Assembly: GCA_049967475.1 (NCBI GenBank)
Contig: JBMFSQ010000007.1
Span: 32,001 to 96,000, forward strand
Length of the DNA: 64,000 nucleotides
Direction: 5' to 3'
Origin: Chthonomonadales bacterium
GTDB taxonomy: Bacteria > Armatimonadota > Chthonomonadetes > Chthonomonadales > CAJBBX01
A program made the translations under genes and the position numbers. Positions 1 through 8,827 of the stretch are shown piece by piece (position 1 is the first letter of the stretch; each line of letters begins with the position of its first letter). The notes beneath the pieces were generated by a model. The model was not told where the DNA came from. It saw nothing but the letters and a program-made list of their open reading frames with translations, and made no database searches.

Positions 1-1976
1 CCGTAGATGTTCCAGAGGCTCCCTACCACGAACTGCCCCAGCATAAGGCCCATGAAGAAGGGGATGGAGCGCTGAAAGCCTACTCGGCCTCCGTACCGGA
101 GGATGACGACTTTGAGGATCCAGGCGATGAAGAGCGGGAGCCATACAAGGTTGATTTCCCAACTGGCGGTGACGGCATAGGCCAGGGGATGGAACGGCCA
201 CCAGGTGAAGCGTACGCGAAAGATCTGCAGCAGAAGCGCGGTGATGAAGCCTACCGCAATGGCCATGGTGGCGGTGAAATTTCCCAGATGGGGCGTTTGG
301 AGCCACCCTTGCAGGCGCGTATAGGCTTCGTCCCCGAAGCTGATTGTAGCCTTGGCTCGGGCGCCGTAGGCGTAATTGAGGTGGAGCATCGCCCAGAAGG
401 CCACCATAGAGGCGACGGCGCCGAAGATTGCCATCCCCCAGAACCAGCGGCGATAGTCGCTCCGCGTCTGCTCGGCGAGCTTGAACGACTCCAACTGGTG
501 CGGCATGGGATGGGACCGGTACGCCCGGTTGAACCAGAAGAACAATGAGAAGGCCGTGAGCTGAGCAGGCGTAAAGGCCTTCTGACCCAACGTTTCTGAG
601 AGGATCCAGTCCGGCCCTGTGAAGTGCAGATCGTGCACAGGGGTACCTAATTCGGCGCGCATCCGCGTGACGGCGAGGGCCAGGGCGAAGTAAATGGCAA
701 AGAAGGCGATGCCCAACCAAGGGCCCATGCCCACCTGGTTCGAGAACCATAGGACTACAGCCATTCCCACCACGATGCCGGCCAGTGCCGTGCGGTATCG
801 CACGGGTTCGTCGGCGTCATCCAATTGGGAGGGTTGGCCCAGCGCCCGCCGGATCACCTGCGCGAGGTACGGGCGAGAGAGCCAAAGGGCGCCTACGAAG
901 TACGCAATGTAGGCTCCGAAGGCTTGGTTGTTGTCGTAGGGGAAGCGCGGGTCTTGGTCCCACGCGGCTGCGACTGTGATGATGTGTTGGGCCTTCCAGA
1001 ACCAATAGAAGAACCAGCAGGAGAAGAGGAAATCCACCGGCATGAGCATGCCTAGGCCGATCATGAAGGGGTAGAAGGAGAGAGGCGTCCATCCGATGGC
1101 GTTCCAGGGCTTCTCGGTAACCCATTGTTGCAAGTCGAAGAAGCTCTGGCCGCGGCCTGGAGTAAAGATCGTAGGGATGGCGGGATAGTAGACGTTGAGG
1201 CTGTTGACCGTGTCTATGAAGGCGGCGATGGAGAAGCCGATCCAGAAGAGGCGGTTGCGAAAGAGCCCGGTGCGTGGGGCGAAGGACTGTGCGTGGGTAA
1301 TCTGGAGGGGCAACTGCACGATGGGGTAGGTGAGGCGCTCGTTCTCCGTCCATTGCTTGCGGAGGATGGCGTTGATGCAGAGCATGACGAAGAGGAGTGC
1401 CGTCATGAAGCCTGTCCACGTGAGGGCTACAGGGAGCCAGGCTTTGATGTAGGCGATGCGGTAGAGGGTGTCGTTGCCTATGTAATATCCCTGGATGATG
1501 TTCTTTTCGCCCAGGGTGAAAGGATACTTGGGGAGGGTTCCCTTAATGAAAAGGTCCTGCCATCCATTGGAGCTGTCGGCGAAGCGGTAGGGCCAGGTGA
1601 GCATCGGAACCAGGATCTGGAACATGTCGTGTCCGCAGAGGCACGAGCCCACGGCCAGGACACCGTAGATGAACAAGAGTTCTCCGCGCGTAAGGGCAGC
1701 CCTGGGGAAGCGCTGTTCCACCAACCGGTTGAGGAGTGTGAGCACCAGGATGATGAAGATGAGGTTGAAGAAGAGCGAGATGGTAGTGGGGTGGGCCGAG
1801 TAGCGGATCTGCTCCATCTGCACCACCCAGTAGGCGTTGACGGGCAGCAGGAGGAACGCGACCAGGCAGGAACGCCACGTAACCGCCTGAAGCCGCCGTG
1901 CCGAGGCAGATGCGACGCGGCTGGTCCTCGCCGGCATGGGTTCCGTCTGCGCCGTTTGTGCTTCAAGCGGGACCAT
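1..1976 (-). CDS. DUF6785/DUF6784-like multi-pass membrane protein (putative transporter); 3' end runs off the window
   Basis: Not in the ORF track. Read by hand from ATG at 1976, open to the window edge (>650 aa). Many TM segments; motifs 'RKQWTENERLTYPIVQLPL', 'RMRAELG', 'WWPFHPLAY', 'LKVVILRYGG...PFFMGLMLG'. Confidence 0.75.
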   Translation of the reverse strand, partial: MVPLEAQTAQTEPMPARTSRVASASARRLQAVTWRSCLVAFLLLPVNAYWVVQMEQIRYSAHPTTISLFFNLIFIILVLTLLNRLVEQRFPRAALTRGELLFIYGVLAVGSCLCGHDMFQILVPMLTWPYRFADSSNGWQDLFIKGTLPKYPFTLGEKNIIQGYYIGNDTLYRIAYIKAWLPVALTWTGFMTALLFVMLCINAILRKQWTENERLTYPIVQLPLQITHAQSFAPRTGLFRNRLFWIGFSIAAFIDTVNSLNVYYPAIPTIFTPGRGQSFFDLQQWVTEKPWNAIGWTPLSFYPFMIGLGMLMPVDFLFSCWFFYWFWKAQHIITVAAAWDQDPRFPYDNNQAFGAYIAYFVGALWLSRPYLAQVIRRALGQPSQLDDADEPVRYRTALAGIVVGMAVVLWFSNQVGMGPWLGIAFFAIYFALALAVTRMRAELGTPVHDLHFTGPDWILSETLGQKAFTPAQLTAFSLFFWFNRAYRSHPMPHQLESFKLAEQTRSDYRRWFWGMAIFGAVASMVAFWAMLHLNYAYGARAKATISFGDEAYTRLQGWLQTPHLGNFTATMAIAVGFITALLLQIFRVRFTWWPFHPLAYAVTASWEINLVWLPLFIAWILKVVILRYGGRVGFQRSIPFFMGLMLGQFVVGSLWNIY

Positions 1977-1997
1977 GGGTATCCACGCCCGGGGATG

Positions 1998-2882
1998 CTA
2001 AAGATCCCGTTCTACAATGTACTGAGCGATGGCCCGCAGAGGGTCCGCACGGGCATCGAAGCCGGCGAGCGCATCTAGAGCGTGGCGGACTTCGAGGCGG
2101 GCGCGTTCTCGGGACCCGTCGAGCCCGAAGAGCTTAGGGTACGTTGCCTTGTCTTGCTTGAGGTCACTCCCCACGGGTTTGCCGATTTTGGCCTCGTCTC
2201 CGGTGATATCCAATATGTCGTCGGCGATTTGGAAGGCTAGCCCTACGCTTCGTCCGTAGCTCGAAAGGGCTTCGATTTGCTGCTGGTTGGCCCCACAGAG
2301 CATGGCGCCGGATAGAACGGAGGCAGTCAGCAGAGCTCCCGTCTTATGCTCGTGGATGAATTGCAGGTCTTCATAACCGATCTCCTTGCCTTCCGATTCG
2401 ATATCCACGACTTGGCCCCCCACCATTCCAGCCGTTCCGGTGGCATGGGCGACGAGCCTAAGCACCGGCACGATGCGCTCTACCGGAGCGGTGCGGGCAT
2501 TCTCGGCAATCAGCTCAAAGGCCAGGGCGAGCAGGGCGTCCCCAGCCAACATGGCAAGGGCTTCGCCATAGACCTTGTGGCTCGTGGGTCTGCCGCGGCG
2601 ATAGTCATCGTTATCCATGCAGGGAAGGTCATCGTGCACCAGGGAGAAGGCGTGGATGCATTCGAGGGCGCACGCAGTGGGAAGGACGTCCTCGCCGGCG
2701 CCTCCCACGGCCTCGGCAGAGGCGATCACGAGGATGGGCCGGATGCGCTTCCCCGGGGCAAGGACGCTATACCTTATGGCTTGATGGAGGCTCTGGGGGC
2801 GTTGAGTTTCGGGGGGAAGGTACCGGTCCAACGCGGCCTCAACCAGCCCGCGCCGGTCACCGAGATAGAGTTTCAGGTTCAT
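1998..2882 (-). CDS. ispA: Polyprenyl diphosphate synthase (farnesyl/geranylgeranyl diphosphate synthase)
   Basis: GKRIRP, first Asp-rich motif HDDLPCMDNDDYRRG, GGQVVD, KTGAL, FQIADDILD, GSDLKQDKATYP. Start set at ATG 2882 (MNLKLYL). Confidence 0.93.
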   Translation of the reverse strand: MNLKLYLGDRRGLVEAALDRYLPPETQRPQSLHQAIRYSVLAPGKRIRPILVIASAEAVGGAGEDVLPTACALECIHAFSLVHDDLPCMDNDDYRRGRPTSHKVYGEALAMLAGDALLALAFELIAENARTAPVERIVPVLRLVAHATGTAGMVGGQVVDIESEGKEIGYEDLQFIHEHKTGALLTASVLSGAMLCGANQQQIEALSSYGRSVGLAFQIADDILDITGDEAKIGKPVGSDLKQDKATYPKLFGLDGSRERARLEVRHALDALAGFDARADPLRAIAQYIVERDL

Positions 2883-3051
2883 ACGGGCTCTCGATGGGAA
2901 GTGTGGCTGTATTATAGGCGTTTTGGCGCAGCGTCGTAAAGGGGATCGCGTGCCCTGCACGGACGATTACCAGGCTCCGATAATACCATCAAAGGAGCAG
3001 GGCGGCGCCTGTACCCAAACCTGCATACCGTGCGCACCTGGGAAGTACCAC

Positions 3052-3906
3052 GTGGCCACTCTTACTTTGGATCAGCTGGTGCAGTCCGTTGACGAGCTGC
3101 CCTCCTTACCGGACGTGGCCCTGAAGGTGTTGCAGATGGCGGATGATCCGGGCGTGTCCGCCAGGGAGATCAGCCGCGTGATCTCTGCAGACATGGCCCT
3201 TGCGGCGCGTCTGCTGCGGATTGCTAACTCGGCGTATTATGGGATTACGCGGTCGGTAAGCACCATCAACGAGGCTGTTGTGATCCTTGGAATGCAGGCT
3301 GTGCGGAGCCTGGCTCTTGCTGCTGCTTCGTACGACACTCTTCGACGCGAGTATGCCGGGTATGGGTTGCGCGCCGGAGAGCTCTGGCACCATTCTATGG
3401 CGACGGCGATTGCGGCACAGATCATCGCCGGCCGCACGCGGGCAGCTCGGAATGAGGAAGCATTTGTGGCGGGTCTTTTGCACGACGTGGGCAAGGTGGT
3501 GCTCAACGTTCATGTAGGCCCTCAATTTGAGGTAATCCGAGCTTTGGCCGAGTTGGACAACCTCCCCTTCCATGTGGCGGAGAAGTCAGTCCTGGGCTAT
3601 GACCATGCCGAGGTAGGGGCGCGCGTGGCCGAGAAGTGGAATTTGCCGGAACATCTGTGCGCCGCCATCGGCGGGCACCATTCTCTGGACCGGGGATCCT
3701 CTGCACCTGAATTAGCCGCCGTCATCAACGTCGCGGACGGCATTGCGCATCTCGATGCCATGGGGCTGGATGAGGGGACGGCGCCGCCCCGCTACGATGC
3801 TCGGGCTCTGGATGCGCTTCAACTGAAGGAAGAGGATGTGGAGCAGATCGCCGCCGAGATGAACAGCCAGCTAGAGCGCGCCATGAGTGTGTTTGCAGCA
3901 CATTAG
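3052..3906 (+). CDS. HDOD domain signal-transduction protein
   Basis: LPSLPDVA, 'D.ALAARLLRIANSAYYG', 'LW.HS.A.A', 'FVAGLLHDVGK', 'DHAEVGARVAEKWNLP'. GTG start at 3052 assumed. Confidence 0.9.
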   Translation: MATLTLDQLVQSVDELPSLPDVALKVLQMADDPGVSAREISRVISADMALAARLLRIANSAYYGITRSVSTINEAVVILGMQAVRSLALAAASYDTLRREYAGYGLRAGELWHHSMATAIAAQIIAGRTRAARNEEAFVAGLLHDVGKVVLNVHVGPQFEVIRALAELDNLPFHVAEKSVLGYDHAEVGARVAEKWNLPEHLCAAIGGHHSLDRGSSAPELAAVINVADGIAHLDAMGLDEGTAPPRYDARALDALQLKEEDVEQIAAEMNSQLERAMSVFAAH

Positions 3907-3924
3907 GAAGGGACCGGGCCAAGG

Positions 3925-4779
3925 GTGAGTGGAGAAAGCGTATTGCGGAGGCAGAGCAAAGGGCGGTCTCGTTGGTGGAAGGCGCCGGCCCACCTGGACG
4001 AACGCGCTCGAGCGGAGCTGGGCCGCTTCATGGACGGGTTCCGGAAGATCGCGGGTTCGGACCTGACGCATTACAAGCCGGTTCAGGTCTATGAACGCGC
4101 GCGGGCCAGGGCACAGCGCTTTCGCCTGACAGACCTGGATGATTACTGCAGGCTCCTGGAGGGCAGCCCTCAGGAGCGGGCTGCGTTTCTAGACAGTCTT
4201 ACGCCCAACGTGTCCGAGTTCTTTCGGGATCCTTCCTGCTGGGCATGGCTGGCGGAACATGTGCTTCCGGGCCTGCTGGGCGCCGGACGCGCTTTGAAGC
4301 TCTGGAGTGCCGGCTGTGCTTCGGGCGCGGAAGCCTATTCTCTGGCCATGCTTCTGGAAGACCTCTCTCCCGGGGTGCCCCATTTCCTGCTCGCTACAGA
4401 TGTGGACCGGCAGGTACTGAACTGTGCGGCGGAGGGGATCTATTGCTCCCACGATCTCCGCTACGTGCCCCGTCAGTATCGGGATTGGCTGCTGCCCTGC
4501 GAGGAGGGGTTGGCGGTGGCGCCGGGGATCCGACGGCGCGTAACCTTCGCGCCCCATGACCTGCTTGCGGACCCCTTCGAAGAGGACTTCGACTTTATTG
4601 CGTGCAGGAACGTGCTGATTTACTTCAGCGACGATGCGAAGAACCGGATATACGAACGCTTTTCGGCCGCTTTGGCCTTGGGCGGGGTGCTCTTTTTGGG
4701 ACTTGCGGAACGGCTGCGCGACCCGAGCGCTTTCGGCTTCGTAGAGCTGCATCCCGGGTTTTACCAAAGAACGGAATGA
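3925..4779 (+). CDS. cheR: CheR-type protein-glutamate methyltransferase
   Basis: 'NVSEFFRD', 'LWSAGCASGAEAYSLAM', 'LATDVD', 'FDFIACRNVLIYF', 'GGVLFLG'. Confidence 0.9.
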   Translation: MSGESVLRRQSKGRSRWWKAPAHLDERARAELGRFMDGFRKIAGSDLTHYKPVQVYERARARAQRFRLTDLDDYCRLLEGSPQERAAFLDSLTPNVSEFFRDPSCWAWLAEHVLPGLLGAGRALKLWSAGCASGAEAYSLAMLLEDLSPGVPHFLLATDVDRQVLNCAAEGIYCSHDLRYVPRQYRDWLLPCEEGLAVAPGIRRRVTFAPHDLLADPFEEDFDFIACRNVLIYFSDDAKNRIYERFSAALALGGVLFLGLAERLRDPSAFGFVELHPGFYQRTE

Positions 4780-4821
4780 ATGGCTTGCGCTCGAGGAATG
4801 CTTCTATGAGGGGGTGAGGTT

Positions 4822-4998
4822 ATGATTGGAGTAGACACGATTTCGCCGATGGACACCGTGGCGGCGGCCATGGACCGATCACAAGGGGATGGCATGAGCC
4901 GCCAGGTTCTTCTTCTGAAGAAAGCGATCAGCGCTGAGAAGGATATGGTAGAACAGCTCTTGCCGGCGCCGCCGGGGCGACTAGACGTTCGCGCCTAG
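4822..4998 (+). CDS. Small protein (58 aa), YjfB-like 'putative motility protein'
   Basis: Below the ORF-track cut-off. MIGVDTISPMDTVAAAMDRSQGDGMSRQVLLLKKAISAEKDMVEQLLPAPPGRLDVRA. G-rich SD upstream; 'LKKA...QLL...G.LDVRA' pattern. Confidence 0.7.
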   Translation: MIGVDTISPMDTVAAAMDRSQGDGMSRQVLLLKKAISAEKDMVEQLLPAPPGRLDVRA

Positions 4999-5075
4999 CG
5001 GCAGGCAGGAACCGCTGTCTGCGCCGGCCAATCTCCCGGGCGGCGGGTGTCGTGCCGCCTTTGGGAGGGGACAGG

Positions 5076-5756
5076 GTGCAGCCCCACGAGCGTAAACTCC
5101 TCGAGCAGGGCGCATTCGAGCTGGGTGCTCCGTTGGATGGGGCGCAGCTCGACCAGTTCGAGCGTTTCGCATACCTTCTTTACGAGGCCAATAAGGGGCT
5201 CAATCTTACCCGCATCCCTCCGGAGCAAGCAGTACCCCTCCACTTCTTGGACTCGCTGGCCGTCTGCCGCGCTCTCAACGTGAGAATGCTGCGCAATCTT
5301 GCCGATGTGGGTTCCGGCGCGGGCTTCCCCGGCATTCCCCTCAAGATTGCATTTCCCCATCTGGAGGTAACGCTCATCGAAGCGACCCAGAAGAAGGCAG
5401 CCTTTCTGCGGGAGGTGGTGCGGCAGTTGGGCCTGAGCGCGGTGGAGGTGCTTGCCGCCCGGGCCGAGGATTTGGTGCGGGACCCCCTGGCTGCCGGAGG
5501 CTTCGACGCCGCAACTGCGCGGGCCGTTGCGCGCCTCACGAAGCTGCTGGAATGGATGCTGCCCCTCGTACGTTCCGGCGGTTCCGTGGTGGCCCTCAAG
5601 AGCCGCACCGCAGATGAAGAACTGCTCGAAGTCCGCCCGCTTCTCCCACGCCTGGGCGCTGTTTTGGCGAAGGATGTGCAGACGGCCATCCCGGGGACCG
5701 ATGCATACCGCCGCATCCTTGTTTTTGAGAGGACGACGAAGGGCCGGAGGCGGTAG
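5076..5756 (+). CDS. rsmG: 16S rRNA m7G527 methyltransferase
   Basis: 'NLTRI', 'HFLDSL', 'DVGSGAGFPGIPL', 'KKAAFL', 'RAED', 'ARAVA'. GTG start after GGAGG. Confidence 0.93.
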   Translation: MQPHERKLLEQGAFELGAPLDGAQLDQFERFAYLLYEANKGLNLTRIPPEQAVPLHFLDSLAVCRALNVRMLRNLADVGSGAGFPGIPLKIAFPHLEVTLIEATQKKAAFLREVVRQLGLSAVEVLAARAEDLVRDPLAAGGFDAATARAVARLTKLLEWMLPLVRSGGSVVALKSRTADEELLEVRPLLPRLGAVLAKDVQTAIPGTDAYRRILVFERTTKGRRR

Positions 5757-5836
5757 CGCTGAGCGGCAACAGCGGTCTACCTGGCAGGTATAATTCCGTG
5801 TTACCCATGGGAGTGCCATACAGGAGGGAGCCATCG

Positions 5837-6742
5837 TTGCAGATACACTCGATCCCTGTGGAGCAGATCGTAGAGGATCCTGACCAGCCGCGGCAATTCC
5901 ACGATCCCGAGAGCCTTATGGGTCTAGCGGAAAGCATCAGGAGGCACGGCATTTTGCAGCCGATTACGGTGACGCCCCTGCCCAATGTGAACATGTACCG
6001 CATCGTTACAGGGGAGCGGCGCTGGCGGGCTGCGCAGATTGCGGGTCTCACCGAGATCCCGTGCTTGGTGAAGGAGCTCGAGGCCGAGGATGCCGTTACC
6101 GAGCAGCTTATCGAGAACCTTCAGCGCGAAGATCTTCAGCCGCTGGAGAAGGCTCGGGCGCTCCGCCATATCAAGGATGCTTTGGGCGCTACGAACCGCG
6201 AGCTGGGGGCGCGCATCGGCTTATCCGAGCGTACGGTGGGTTATCTGCTGGATTTGCTGGATCTCCCTGAGCCCATCGCGCGGGAAGTCGTGTCCAGCCC
6301 GAACCGTCCGGCGGACGGCCAGATTACGGAGAAGCACGCCCGGTTCCTCAAACTGCTCAACGAGCAGCCTGATCTGCAGAATGCCGTGGTGGAAAAGATC
6401 AAAGAGGAGCGCATTACAGGCGAGCGCACCGGGAAGCTTGTGTCGGCGATCAAGCGGCGGCCCGAGCGTGCAGCGCAGATCCTGGAGGCCGCGGGAGAGG
6501 ATCTGGAGCGCCTGCTTGCCGAAGAAACCGCACCCGCGCATGCTGGGGTGGATGCCGGCGAGATGCCCTCGGTGCCGGGTGCGGCAGAACGGATACACGA
6601 ATTCCACGCGTTTTTGATGGGTCTGGCCATCATGGGAAGGTCCCGCGCTGAAATCGCCCGAATCCAAGATGCCCTCACGGTTTTGGGGCAGACGGTAGAT
6701 GGTCTTCTGCGGGAATGCCGTCTCGAGTTGGACGGGAAGTGA
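5837..6742 (+). CDS. ParB/Spo0J/Noc-family CTPase DNA-binding protein
   Basis: 'PDQPR', 'GILQPI', 'GERRWRAA', 'ENLQREDL', then an HTH. TTG start after GGAGGGAG. Confidence 0.88.
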   Translation: MQIHSIPVEQIVEDPDQPRQFHDPESLMGLAESIRRHGILQPITVTPLPNVNMYRIVTGERRWRAAQIAGLTEIPCLVKELEAEDAVTEQLIENLQREDLQPLEKARALRHIKDALGATNRELGARIGLSERTVGYLLDLLDLPEPIAREVVSSPNRPADGQITEKHARFLKLLNEQPDLQNAVVEKIKEERITGERTGKLVSAIKRRPERAAQILEAAGEDLERLLAEETAPAHAGVDAGEMPSVPGAAERIHEFHAFLMGLAIMGRSRAEIARIQDALTVLGQTVDGLLRECRLELDGK

Positions 6743-6749
6743 CGGACCC

Positions 6750-6790
6750 AAAAAACGAGCGGCGGGCGCCTGGGGGAGCGCCGCGCCGCT
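6750..6790 (-). terminator. Intrinsic terminator-like hairpin oriented for minus-strand transcription
   Basis: AGCGGCG-GGCGC / GCGCC-G-CGCCGCT (12 bp, one bulge) with A6 at 6750-6755, i.e. a U-tract on the minus strand. Confidence 0.6.
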
Positions 6791-6892
6791 GTGGGAAGGA
6801 AGGTGAACTCGAACCAACGGTGATTATAGGCAAGTTGCGATGGAAACCCTAGGGGCCGAGGCTAGGGCGGCGTAAAGAGACGGGAGGATGCT

Positions 6893-8374
6893 ATGGGTGC
6901 ATGCCGTGTTCGCGTTTTAACCAAGGAGGAAGGATCTTTCCTTTCACCCATGCTGCACGGGCACTTTGCCGAGCATCTTGGCCGGTGCTGCGTGGACGGA
7001 TTGTGGGTAGGGCGCCGGTCCTCAATCCCCAACGAAGCAGGCTTCCATCAAGGCGTTCTGCGGGCTCTAGCCAGGCTCGGCTTGCCCGTCTTGAGGTGGC
7101 CCGGAGGTTGCTACGCCGACACCTACCATTGGCGCGACGGCATCGGGCCGGGGGAGCGGCGCCCGCGTACACTGGGCGAGTCCTGCGGGCTGAGGGTGGC
7201 GGAAGAGAACGGGTTGGGGACCCATGAATTCATTGACCTGTGCCGGCGCGTGGGGGCGGAGCCCTACCTTGCCGGCAACGTGGGAAGCGGGTCTCCACAG
7301 GAAATGGCGGATTGGGTGCACTACTGCAACGGTACCCTGGACACCGATCTTGTGCGGCAGCGGGCAGCCAACGGAAGCGCCGAGCCCATGAATGTGCGGT
7401 ATTGGGGAGTAGGCAACGAGAATTGGGGATGCGGCGGGAATTACGACGCAGCGGATTACGCCAAGGAGTTTCGCCGCTATGCTACGTTCATCAAGATGGC
7501 GGACCCCAATGTGGAACTCGTCGCATGCGGGCATACCGATCCCAACTGGAACCGCGCTGTGATGGAAGTGCTGCGCGACGATCTGGCCCTCGTGGACCAT
7601 CTTTCGGTTCACCGGTACTATGCTGCAGGGCGCGCCCTGGACTTCGACGAGAGCGAATATTATGCGTCCATGCGGGCGGGGCAACTCGTGGGGTTGGACG
7701 TAGCCGAAGCCTACGGCATCGTGCGTTCCTTCTGCGCTGGGCGCAAACAGGTGAAGATTGCCTTTGACGAATGGGGCATTTGGCATCCGGAGGCAACGGG
7801 TGCTACGCAGTATGAGGCGCCTTCAACGCTTCGCGACGCCGTGGCGGCTGCCGGAGTGCTGGATGCGTTCCACCGTTGGGCCCATGCACTCTCCATGGCA
7901 AACCTCGCCCAGGTGGTGAATGTGCTGCAGTGCCTTGTCCAAACCCGGGATGACCGCTTCTGGGTAACGCCGACCTATCATCTTTTCGACCTGTACCGCG
8001 TTCACCGAGGGGCCGTTCGGCTGGGTATCGAGGTGGATTGCGATACGGTAGATGCTCCGGGGTTGGCCGATGCGCCGGCAGGCCCGCTTCCAATCCTTTC
8101 TGCGACGGCGTCCACGCAGGGAGGCGGGATTGCTGTAAGTGTCTCCAACCGGCACATCTCTCGCGCAGTGGAGGTAGAGTTCCGGCTGGATGAGGGGAGG
8201 ATAGCCTGGTGTGAGGCGGCCAGTTTGGCGGCCGACAGCCCGGCTGCCGTCAATTCTGCAGAAGATCCGGAGCGGGTGGCCATTCGCCGGCATGAGGTAC
8301 GGCCCGCGGATGGCGCTGTGCGGCTGGAGCTTCCGCCGTGCTCGGTGCACACTCTTGTGCTGACGTGTGAATGA
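6893..8374 (+). CDS. Alpha-L-arabinofuranosidase, GH51
   Basis: 'GHFAEHLGRC', 'LRWPGGCYAD.YHWRDGIG', 'WGVGNENWGCGG' (acid/base), 'FDEWGIW' (nucleophile), 'MANLAQ.VNVLQ'. Confidence 0.92.
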   Translation: MGACRVRVLTKEEGSFLSPMLHGHFAEHLGRCCVDGLWVGRRSSIPNEAGFHQGVLRALARLGLPVLRWPGGCYADTYHWRDGIGPGERRPRTLGESCGLRVAEENGLGTHEFIDLCRRVGAEPYLAGNVGSGSPQEMADWVHYCNGTLDTDLVRQRAANGSAEPMNVRYWGVGNENWGCGGNYDAADYAKEFRRYATFIKMADPNVELVACGHTDPNWNRAVMEVLRDDLALVDHLSVHRYYAAGRALDFDESEYYASMRAGQLVGLDVAEAYGIVRSFCAGRKQVKIAFDEWGIWHPEATGATQYEAPSTLRDAVAAAGVLDAFHRWAHALSMANLAQVVNVLQCLVQTRDDRFWVTPTYHLFDLYRVHRGAVRLGIEVDCDTVDAPGLADAPAGPLPILSATASTQGGGIAVSVSNRHISRAVEVEFRLDEGRIAWCEAASLAADSPAAVNSAEDPERVAIRRHEVRPADGAVRLELPPCSVHTLVLTCE

Positions 8375-8380
8375 CACGGG

Positions 8381-8827
8381 ATGCCTGGTTCTATGGGACG
8401 CGTTATGGCTGTGGATGTAGGTGAGCGGCGCATCGGTTTGGCCTTCAGCGATGAAATGAAGACCTTCCCGGCGGTGCAGCAAACCCTGGAGCGGCAGGAA
8501 GGGTACCGGGCCGATATGCGGCGTATTCGGCAGCTTGTTGAGGAGAGCAATGTAGAACTGGTGGTGGTAGGGCTGCCTCTTCATTTGGACGGTTCGGCAG
8601 GAACAAGCGCGCATGCAGCCCGAGAGTTCGCAGAGGCCTTACGGAGATACGTGGCGGTGCCGGTCCTTGAGGTGGACGAGCGGCTCAGCACGGTCGAGGC
8701 CGAGCGGATGTTGTTGCACGCGGATGTGGGCCGCAAGAAGCGGCGGCAGGTAGTGGACGGAGTGGCGGCGGGGGTGATCTTGCAGGCGTATCTGGATGCC
8801 ATTCGGAAGGATGGGCAAGAGCGTTGA
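8381..8827 (+). CDS. ruvX: YqgF/RuvX family nuclease (pre-16S rRNA maturation)
   Basis: 'AVDVGERRIGLA.SD', 'VVGLP', 'DERLST.EAE', 'VD..AA..ILQ.YLD'. Confidence 0.93.
   Translation: MPGSMGRVMAVDVGERRIGLAFSDEMKTFPAVQQTLERQEGYRADMRRIRQLVEESNVELVVVGLPLHLDGSAGTSAHAAREFAEALRRYVAVPVLEVDERLSTVEAERMLLHADVGRKKRRQVVDGVAAGVILQAYLDAIRKDGQER

Noticed and set aside
189..2078. Several + strand ORFs in the first 2 kb
   Set aside because: They are shadows of the minus-strand membrane protein gene.
6802..6815. GGTTCGAGT on the minus strand resembling a tRNA T-loop
   Set aside because: No cloverleaf, anticodon arm or acceptor stem can be built around it.
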